From contig DASYXY010000030.1 in NCBI GenBank assembly GCA_035934385.1, positions 374 through 64,373 on the forward strand: a DNA stretch of 64,000 nt, given 5' to 3'. The DNA comes from Candidatus Dormiibacterota bacterium. Lineage in GTDB: Bacteria; Chloroflexota; Dormibacteria; Dormibacterales; Dormibacteraceae. This document shows positions 19,582-26,747 of this stretch, one piece after another; positions within the stretch are counted from its first letter, which is position 1; every line of letters begins with the position of its first letter. The notes beneath the pieces were generated by a model, which made no database searches, was not told the DNA's origin, and was given only the letters and a program-made list of their open reading frames with translations. Position numbers and translations under genes: made by a program.

Positions 19582-20467
19582 ACGCTTCGCCTCGGGGGTC
19601 CTCAACGTCGACAAGGCCGCCGGTGAGACTTCCTTTTCGGTGGTGCGGCACCTTCGCCGGCTGACAGGCGCCCACCGTGTCGGTCATGCCGGCACCCTCG
19701 ATCCGCTCGCCACGGGCGTGCTCCCGATCCTCTTCGAGTCGGCCACGCGTCTTGCCGATTTCGCGCTGCAGCTGCCGAAGACATACGTCGCCGACATCCA
19801 TTTCGGCTTCACCACCGCGACCGACGACGCCGAGAGTGAGCGTCGGGCCGTGGGTGACGCAAGCATGCTCTCGGAAGTCGACGTCGAGAAAGGCCTGTCC
19901 GCGTTTTGCGGACGCATCATGCAGGAGCCGCCCGCCTTCTCGGCCGTGAAGGTCGAGGGCCGGCGCGCGTACAAGCTTGCTCGGCGAGGCGAGGAGCCGA
20001 AACCGAAGGCGCGCGAGGTCGAAGTGTATGAGGCGAACCTGCTGGCCTTCACGCCAGGGTCGGAGCCGGTGGCTCGCGTCCAGATCCGCTGCGGAAGCGG
20101 TACCTATCTCCGGTCAATCGCCCGTGACCTGGGCCGCATGCTCGGAGTGGGAGGCTATCTCGGTCGCCTGGTACGCACTGCGTACGGTCCGCTCGAGATC
20201 TCAGCGTCCGTGAGGCTCGACGCCCTCGGCGGCGCGGAGGATGTGCGCGATCGACTCTTGCCGGCCGAGGTCATACTGCCCGAGATGCAGCCGGTGCGGT
20301 TGAACGTCGAGCAGGAGGCGATGGTTCGACAGGGCCGCGCGGTGCGCGTGCTGCCCGAACCCGGCCCGGGCCGCCTGCGCGCCCACGATGCAGGCGGACG
20401 GCTGATCGCTCTCGGCCACACCGATCCGTTGCGGCGCACCTTCGTGCCGGAAAAGGTGTTGTCCTGA
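19559..20467 (+). CDS. truB: tRNA pseudouridine-55 synthase TruB
   Basis: GVLNVDKAAGETSFSVV...GHAGTLDPLATGVLPI catalytic Asp motif. Confidence 0.9.
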   Translation: MPPQSRPERFASGVLNVDKAAGETSFSVVRHLRRLTGAHRVGHAGTLDPLATGVLPILFESATRLADFALQLPKTYVADIHFGFTTATDDAESERRAVGDASMLSEVDVEKGLSAFCGRIMQEPPAFSAVKVEGRRAYKLARRGEEPKPKAREVEVYEANLLAFTPGSEPVARVQIRCGSGTYLRSIARDLGRMLGVGGYLGRLVRTAYGPLEISASVRLDALGGAEDVRDRLLPAEVILPEMQPVRLNVEQEAMVRQGRAVRVLPEPGPGRLRAHDAGGRLIALGHTDPLRRTFVPEKVLS

Positions 20468-21369
20468 AGACACATCTCGGGCTGCCGGTCAGCCACATCG
20501 GTCCGGTCACGATCACAGTCGGCAGCTTCGACGGCGTGCACCTCGGACACGCCGATGTCATCCGCCGCCTGGTCGCCGCCGCTGTGGACTCTGCCGCCGC
20601 TCCCGCGCTCGTCACGTTCGAGCCGCATCCGCGCTGCGTGCTCGACCCCGCGAACTGTCCCCAGTCGATCACCACGCTGCAGGAGAAGCTGGCGCTCCTC
20701 GAGGCAGCCGGCATCGAGCATGCGATTGTTCTGCGATTCGACCGTGCGCTTGCGAGCCTGAGCCCTCAGGAGTTCGTCGACATGCTCGGCTCGCGCATGG
20801 AGATCAAGCGTTGGGTGATCGGCTTCGACTTCGCTTTTGGCAATCAGCGCAAGGGCAACGCGGGATGGCTGCGGGAGCACGGTCATGACGTGGACGTCGT
20901 TCCGCCTTTCGCGTTCGAAGAAAAGGCTCTGCACAGCTCTGATATCAGGCGTCTCATCAACACGGGCGATGTGCATGAAGCCAACCGGTTGCTCGGCCGT
21001 GAGTACGCGATGGCCGGACCCGTCGAGGCCGGCGATCGCGTAGGACGGCGCCTCGGCTTTCCGACCGCCAACATCGCTGTCGAGCCGAACAAGCTGATCC
21101 CGGCCCTGGGTGCCTACGCGGGCCGGGCGGTCACGGATGGAAAGGAATTCGTCGCCGCGCTCTCGGTAGGGTACCGGCCGACCTTTGGCGGGACGCAGCT
21201 CCGAGTTGAGGCCTTCCTTCTCGATTTCGAAGGCGACCTCTATCAGCGCCGCCTCGAGCTGCGTTTTATCCACTACTTGCACCCGGACATCAGGTTCGAC
21301 AGCCCCTCGGAGCTGGTGGTGCAGCTCAAGCGCGACGTGGCCGAAACCCGTCGGATCGTTCGTCAGTGA
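20464..21369 (+). CDS. ribF: bifunctional riboflavin kinase / FMN adenylyltransferase, non-canonical CTG start
   Basis: The nucleotidyltransferase motif GSFDGVHLGH is cut by the first canonical start (GTG 20536 is the V of that motif). The in-frame upstream sequence reads KTHLGLPVSHIGPVTITVGSFDG. CTG 20464 overlaps the truB stop as CTGA. Confidence 0.9.
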   Translation: MKTHLGLPVSHIGPVTITVGSFDGVHLGHADVIRRLVAAAVDSAAAPALVTFEPHPRCVLDPANCPQSITTLQEKLALLEAAGIEHAIVLRFDRALASLSPQEFVDMLGSRMEIKRWVIGFDFAFGNQRKGNAGWLREHGHDVDVVPPFAFEEKALHSSDIRRLINTGDVHEANRLLGREYAMAGPVEAGDRVGRRLGFPTANIAVEPNKLIPALGAYAGRAVTDGKEFVAALSVGYRPTFGGTQLRVEAFLLDFEGDLYQRRLELRFIHYLHPDIRFDSPSELVVQLKRDVAETRRIVRQ

Positions 21370-22496
21370 CGGCGGTCGCCGTCATCGGCGGCGGCATCGC
21401 CGGTTACTGCGCAGCGCTTGGGGCTCGACGTGAGGGGGCGGACGTGACGGTGATAGCGAAGGCGCCGGGCGCAACCGCCCTGTACGCGGGCGCGATGGAG
21501 GTCGTGGACGACCTCGAAGCATTGCTCAAGAGCGAACCGCATCATCCGTTCAGCCGCCTGGGCATGGACCTTGTGCGGTTGAGCACGGAGCTCGACACGG
21601 CAGTGCCTGCGCTTCTGCTCGCGCTCGAAAAAGACGGCTTGAAGATCGAAGGTGGCTGGCGCTCGCGAGAGGCCTACGCCGACATCCACGGCCTCGCTCG
21701 TCCCGCCAACCTCGTTCCAGCCACGGTCGCCGGTGGTGAGCTGAAGGGCCTTGTGGGCCGGCGCGTCACCGTGGTCGGCGTGCGCGAGGTGGGGGACTAC
21801 GACGCGGCCTCGACCGCCGAGGCCATGAAGGAGCTGCACCACGTGGAAGCGGTTCCGGAAGAGGTCTCGATTGCCGATCTGCCTGCAGGCGCGGCGCTCA
21901 CCGACCTGTACGGCCGGCGCGCGCCCGCGGTCACCAACGCGCGGGCGCTGGTCGCCTATCCGCCTGGTTTCACGAACCTGCCCGACGGCGGTTTCGAGCT
22001 TCTCGCCTCGCCGCCGTCGCCTCACGGCTGGCGCCTGCAGCAGGCGATCGGACTGGGCTCTGTGCGCGCCGAAGTCACCGACCTCCAGGTCGAGGGGGCG
22101 CGGGTCGTTGCGGCGAAGGCAGGTGAAAGAGCATTTCGCGCCGAAGCGTTCGTGCTCGCGACGGGCCACTACATCGGGGGCGGCCTGCGCAAGGACGGAG
22201 CCACGTCGGAGCCCCTGCTCGACCTCGGCGTCTTCCACGATGGCCGAGCTGTCGCGACACTCGGCGGGCGCCTCGAGCACATCGACTATCTGGAACCCGC
22301 CCAGGAGTTTAGGTCGGGGCTGGCCACCGACGACCGACTGCGGCCGCTGGACGAGGGTGGACGGGCGCCGTTCGAGAACCTCTTCGCCGCGGGATCGGTG
22401 CTGGGTGGCTACGACTACGCAGGTCCGTGCGGCTTCGGCGTGCCGATCCTGACGGGCTGGCTGGCCGGGCGGTTCGCCGCGCGTCACGCGCGCTAA
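21366..22496 (+). CDS. FAD-binding protein, GlpB-like (anaerobic glycerol-3-phosphate dehydrogenase subunit B family)
   Basis: N-terminal dinucleotide fold VAVIGGGIAGYCAALGARREGADVTVI, ~376 aa with GlpB-like layout. GTGA overlap with the ribF stop. Confidence 0.6.
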   Translation: MTAVAVIGGGIAGYCAALGARREGADVTVIAKAPGATALYAGAMEVVDDLEALLKSEPHHPFSRLGMDLVRLSTELDTAVPALLLALEKDGLKIEGGWRSREAYADIHGLARPANLVPATVAGGELKGLVGRRVTVVGVREVGDYDAASTAEAMKELHHVEAVPEEVSIADLPAGAALTDLYGRRAPAVTNARALVAYPPGFTNLPDGGFELLASPPSPHGWRLQQAIGLGSVRAEVTDLQVEGARVVAAKAGERAFRAEAFVLATGHYIGGGLRKDGATSEPLLDLGVFHDGRAVATLGGRLEHIDYLEPAQEFRSGLATDDRLRPLDEGGRAPFENLFAAGSVLGGYDYAGPCGFGVPILTGWLAGRFAARHAR

Positions 22497-22502
22497 AGCC
22501 CG

Positions 22503-23864
22503 ATGAGGCCCGAGCTCGAAAAGATCGTGGGCGCCGCCGCCGTCGATGAGCGACCCGTGCGCGACCTGTGGCCCGCCGCGACGATGGCCGAACGCGCCGG
22601 CCAGGCGCCCGACCGCATCGTTGTGGTGCGACCGTCGGGTCGCGAGCAGCTCGCCGCCGTCCTGCGCTGGGCCACCGCCAATGCCGTGATCGTCACCCCG
22701 CTCGGGGGCGGCAGCGGCGTTTGCGGCGCGCTGGCGCCGAAGCGCGGCGAGCTGGTGCTCGACATGGCAGGATTCGATCGCATCTTCGAAATCGATGAGG
22801 TGAACCTCACATGCCGGGTCGAGGCCGGCGTCAACGGACTGGCCCTGGAGAAGAAGCTCAACGAGAAAGGCCTGACGCTCGGCCACTACCCGAGCTCGCT
22901 GCCCGGCACGACGATCGGAGGCCTGGTGTCGACCCGGTCGTCGGGCCAGGAGTCAAGCCGCTACGGGAGCATCGAGGACATGGTCCTCGGCCTCGCGGTC
23001 GTGCTTCCGGACGGCACGTTTGCGGCGCCGCGACCGGGCCCGCGGTCGGCGGTCGGCCCCGCGTTGCACGAGCTGTGGCTCGGCGCGGAAGGAGCCCTCG
23101 GGGTCGTGCTCGGCGCGGTGCTCCGCGTCCATCGGCTGCCTGCGTCGGTCGTCGGCCGCGGGTACACGTTCGGCCGGTTGAGTGACGGCCTCGACGCCAT
23201 GCGGCGGGTGATGCAGTCAGGCATCCGGCCGCTCGTGATGCGGCTGTACGACCACGAGGACGCGGTGTTCAGCCGCTTCGAGGTCAGCGGCGACCAGTGC
23301 GTGCTCGTGATCGCGACCGCGGGTGAGGAAGAGATCGCTAGGGCCGAGGCTAGCGTCGTCAAGCGATTGACGGCAGGTGCTCAAGACCTGGGCGAAGAGC
23401 CGTGGCTTCGGTGGCAGGCGAACCGCTTCGGCCTGTCGGCCGAATGGCTGAAGGGAATCCTGAAACCGGCGGGTTCGTACGTGGACACGATCGAGCTGGC
23501 GGCGCCCTGGACTGTGCTGCCTAAGCTGCACGAGCGTGTGAAAACCGCAATAGCGGTCGGGGGACTGGCGTTATGCCATTTCAGCCACGCTTATGAGCAA
23601 GGCTGCTGCGCCTACTTCTCATTTGCAGGCGCAGCGGAGAGAGAGGAAGAGGCGCGCGCGGATTACAACCGCGCGTGGGAGGGAGCGATGAGCGCTGCGC
23701 TCGAGCTGGGGGCGACCATCAGCCATCACCACGGCACGGGCCAGGCGCGGGCGCGCTGGGTGGCCGACGAGATGGGCGGTTGGATGCGCGTCTGGCGCTC
23801 CGTCCGCGAAAGCCTCGACCCGGCGGGCATCATGAACCCGAACGCGATGGGAGGGAGGCGGTAA
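22503..23864 (+). CDS. FAD-linked oxidase (PCMH-type FAD domain; GlcD / alkyl-DHAP-synthase-like)
   Basis: VTPLGGGSGVCG FAD-binding motif, followed by a C-terminal FAD-oxidase_C-type domain ending HHHGTGQARARW...LDPAGIMNP. Confidence 0.8.
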   Translation: MRPELEKIVGAAAVDERPVRDLWPAATMAERAGQAPDRIVVVRPSGREQLAAVLRWATANAVIVTPLGGGSGVCGALAPKRGELVLDMAGFDRIFEIDEVNLTCRVEAGVNGLALEKKLNEKGLTLGHYPSSLPGTTIGGLVSTRSSGQESSRYGSIEDMVLGLAVVLPDGTFAAPRPGPRSAVGPALHELWLGAEGALGVVLGAVLRVHRLPASVVGRGYTFGRLSDGLDAMRRVMQSGIRPLVMRLYDHEDAVFSRFEVSGDQCVLVIATAGEEEIARAEASVVKRLTAGAQDLGEEPWLRWQANRFGLSAEWLKGILKPAGSYVDTIELAAPWTVLPKLHERVKTAIAVGGLALCHFSHAYEQGCCAYFSFAGAAEREEEARADYNRAWEGAMSAALELGATISHHHGTGQARARWVADEMGGWMRVWRSVRESLDPAGIMNPNAMGGRR

Positions 23865-23870
23865 GAAGAG

Positions 23871-24812
23871 ATGGCAGGCGAACCGATCCTGTTCATCGTC
23901 AACCCGGCGTCGGGCGGTGGCAAGACCGCGCGTGATTGGGCCGCGATCGAGGCGTGGCTGCCCTCGACCGGCCTTAGCTTCGAGACCGCGCTCACGACGC
24001 GGCCTCTCGAGGCGATGCAGATCGCAGAACGGGCTGTGCGCCAGTCGCGACCGGTCGTCGTCGCAGTTGGGGGCGACGGCACGCTCAACGAGGTGGTCAA
24101 CGGCTTCTTCCACAACGGCGCGCCGATCCCCACCACTTCGCGTATGGCGATGGTGCCGCTTGGCACCGGCGGCGACTTCCGCCGCACGCTGCGCATCTCG
24201 CTCGACCCGCGCAAAGCGATCGAGGTTCTCAAGTCAGGGCTGCCACGCCGGCTCGATGTCGGCTGCGTCACGTACCAGGGCAACGACGGAAACACTCAGG
24301 TGCGCCACTTCATCAACATCGCCGACGCGGGGTGGGGCGGCGAGGTGGTGCGCCGGGTGAACGCCGGCAAGAAGCGAAGCGGCGGGCTGACGTTCACGTT
24401 GACCGCCTTGATGCAACTGATGGCGTGGAAGAACAAGCCGATGCACGTGATCATCGACGGCCAGGCGTTCGACGTTGTCGCGCAGCAGGTGGTGGTCGCC
24501 AACTGCCAGTACTTCGGAGGCGGGATGCGCATGGCGCCGAACGCCTCACCCACCGATGGGGTGTTCGATGTGATCGTCATCGGGGACGCGGGCAAGATCG
24601 AGTCGCTGCGCGGCCTGAGCCAGATACGCGAAGGCAAGCACTTCGACGATCACAACCCGAAGATCACGATCATGTACGGCAAGCGAATCGAGGTCACCTC
24701 GTCCAAGCAGGTGCGCATCGACATCGACGGTGAGGATCCAGGGATGCTGCCGGCGCTGTTCGAGATTCAGCCGGGCTCGATCGAATTCCTGACTCCGCGC
24801 GCGGTAGCCTGA
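23871..24812 (+). CDS. diacylglycerol-kinase-family lipid kinase (YegS/DagK-like)
   Basis: ILFIVNPASGGGK...VVAVGGDGTLNEVVNG...PLGTGGDF motifs. Confidence 0.85.
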   Translation: MAGEPILFIVNPASGGGKTARDWAAIEAWLPSTGLSFETALTTRPLEAMQIAERAVRQSRPVVVAVGGDGTLNEVVNGFFHNGAPIPTTSRMAMVPLGTGGDFRRTLRISLDPRKAIEVLKSGLPRRLDVGCVTYQGNDGNTQVRHFINIADAGWGGEVVRRVNAGKKRSGGLTFTLTALMQLMAWKNKPMHVIIDGQAFDVVAQQVVVANCQYFGGGMRMAPNASPTDGVFDVIVIGDAGKIESLRGLSQIREGKHFDDHNPKITIMYGKRIEVTSSKQVRIDIDGEDPGMLPALFEIQPGSIEFLTPRAVA

Positions 24813-24819
24813 TCTCGTT

Positions 24820-26289
24820 TTGACGCGCGGCGTGATTGCCAGTCCGCACCGGCTGGCGAGCGAGGCGGGCGCCCAGGTCCTGCGCGACGGCGGGAACGCG
24901 ATCGACGCGGCCATCGCCGCCGACGCGGTGCTGTGCGTCGTCTATCCGCAAATGACGTCGGTCGCCGGCGACCTGATGGCGATCGTCTGGCCCGCCGGCG
25001 GGACGGCGCCCACTGGATTGGTCGGCGCCGGTCGCTCTGGAGAGCTAGCGACCATCGACGCCGTGAGGCAGCGGGGCCACGAGGCGATGCCGGAACGCGG
25101 CGCCCTCACGGTCACGGTGCCCGGGACGGTCGAAGCTTGGGGCCGCCTCATCGAGCGTTTCGGCACGCTCGGGTGGAGCGCCGTGCTGGAGCCGGCTGTG
25201 GCCCTCGCGCAGAACGGATTCACGATCACTCGCCATCTCTCTGACGCGCTGAAAAGCGCCGCGGGGTTGCTGGCCCGCGAGCCGGCGGCGCACGCCCTGT
25301 ATCCGCCCATGGACGCGGGCATGATCCTGCGCAACCCGGACCTGGCGTCGGTGCTGAATGACATCTCCCGCCATGGCTTCAACGGCTTCTACCGGGGCGA
25401 GATCGCAGCCGCGATCGTCTCCGCAGTCTCCAGGCGCGACGGGTTCCTCACCGCCCATGACATGGCCGGCCACCGGTCCGAGTGGCTCGAGACCGTCACG
25501 GTGCCGTATCGCGACGTCGTCGTCCACGAGCTGCCGCCGCCCACGCAGGGACTGATCGCTCTGAGCCTGTTGAAGGCGCTACACGAAAAGACCAGGGCCG
25601 AGCTGCAGCCGGGCCCGAAGTTCGTCGAGATGTTCAGGTCGGCGCGCGACACCGCGTACAGCATCCGCGACCGCATCACCGACCCGGACTTCGCGCCCGT
25701 CGCCGGTTTCGCCACCGCTGAGGTTCCCGACGGCGGCGACACGATCTACATGTGCGCGGCCGACGAGCACGGCAACCTCATCTCGCTCATCCAGAGCGTG
25801 GCCTTCGACTTCGGCTCGGGCATCGTCGCCGAGGGGACGGGCATGCTGCTGCAGAACCGCGGTTGCTACTTCAGCCTCGACCCCCAGCACGCCAACCGCC
25901 TGGAGCCGAAGAAGCGCACCCGGCACACGCTCATCCCTGCGCTGGCCACGCGAGAAGGGCGGCCATGGCTTCTCTACGGCTCGATGGGCGGCGACGGCCA
26001 GCCCCAGCTGCAGACCCAGGTCCTGGTCAACATCGTGGACCACGGCCTCGATCCCGCGGAAGCGGTGGCACGACCGCGTATCCGCATCACCCCGGACGGC
26101 GCCCGGGTGACGGTCGAGGCCAGCTATCCGTCGGCGGGCGAGATTGCGCGAAGCGACCCCGCGGTCCAGCTGCTGCCGGCCGGCCACCACTCGGTGGGAC
26201 ACGCGCACGCGATTGTCATCGACGGTCCAGGCAACTGGCGCGCTGGCTTCGATCCACGCTCGGACGGAAGCGTCGAAACAGTCGCCTGA
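24820..26289 (+). CDS. gamma-glutamyltransferase-family protein
   Basis: 489 aa. GDTIYMCAADEHGNLISLIQSVAFDFGSG, LQNRG, and GSMGGDGQPQ are typical of the GGT/Ntn-hydrolase family. No signal peptide seen. Confidence 0.8.
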   Translation: MTRGVIASPHRLASEAGAQVLRDGGNAIDAAIAADAVLCVVYPQMTSVAGDLMAIVWPAGGTAPTGLVGAGRSGELATIDAVRQRGHEAMPERGALTVTVPGTVEAWGRLIERFGTLGWSAVLEPAVALAQNGFTITRHLSDALKSAAGLLAREPAAHALYPPMDAGMILRNPDLASVLNDISRHGFNGFYRGEIAAAIVSAVSRRDGFLTAHDMAGHRSEWLETVTVPYRDVVVHELPPPTQGLIALSLLKALHEKTRAELQPGPKFVEMFRSARDTAYSIRDRITDPDFAPVAGFATAEVPDGGDTIYMCAADEHGNLISLIQSVAFDFGSGIVAEGTGMLLQNRGCYFSLDPQHANRLEPKKRTRHTLIPALATREGRPWLLYGSMGGDGQPQLQTQVLVNIVDHGLDPAEAVARPRIRITPDGARVTVEASYPSAGEIARSDPAVQLLPAGHHSVGHAHAIVIDGPGNWRAGFDPRSDGSVETVA

Positions 26290-26316
26290 ACTCGCCACGT
26301 ATAATTGCCGCTCGGT

Positions 26317-26586
26317 TTGGCAGAAGAGACGGAAGTCAAGGGCAAGATGATCGCCGAGTACAGGCGGTCTGAGAAGGACACCGGTTCCCCCGAGGTCCAG
26401 ATCGCGCTATCCAACGCGCGCATCAGGGAGCTCACCGAGCACCTGAAGACTCACGCCAAGGACCACCACTCTCGCCGCGGCCTCCTGCTCCTGGTTGGCA
26501 AGCAACGGCGTCTGCTGAACTACCTGAGGGACATCGACGTGGAGCGCTATCGCGCTCTCGTCGGCAAGCTCGGGATCAGGAGATAA
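26317..26586 (+). CDS. rpsO: 30S ribosomal protein S15 (alternative start TTG 26305)
   Basis: [37 protein letters not shown]...LGIRR. TTG 26317 gives the canonical 89-aa length. Confidence 0.9.
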   Translation: MAEETEVKGKMIAEYRRSEKDTGSPEVQIALSNARIRELTEHLKTHAKDHHSRRGLLLLVGKQRRLLNYLRDIDVERYRALVGKLGIRR

Positions 26587-26615
26587 GAAGAAGCCCCCCA
26601 GGGCAAATAAATAGA

Positions 26616-26740
26616 GGGAGGACTCCACGCTGGCGCGGGGTCAGCTCCTTATCCACTCCCATCGAGCTCGCAAGGTTCGACGGCAGCGGCTAGGAATCTG
26701 ACCTCATCGCACCTCGCGGAAGTCCTCCCACACATGGAGG
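26616..26740 (+). promoter_or_regulatory. structured pnp leader: long-range stem plus possible SD/anti-SD switch
   Basis: GGGAGGACTCC (26616-26626) pairs with GGAAGTCCTCCC (26718-26729). The CCTCC of the 3' arm (26724-26728) can instead pair with the pnp SD GGAGG (26736-26740). Confidence 0.4.
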
Positions 26741-26747
26741 TATTCGC

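Noticed and set aside
21363-22886. 507-aa ORF on the minus strand
   Set aside because: It is antisense to the GlpB-like and FAD-oxidase genes. Its composition is Arg/Gly/Ala/Pro-rich, typical of shadow frames in high-GC DNA. The plus-strand genes carry clear flavoprotein motifs.
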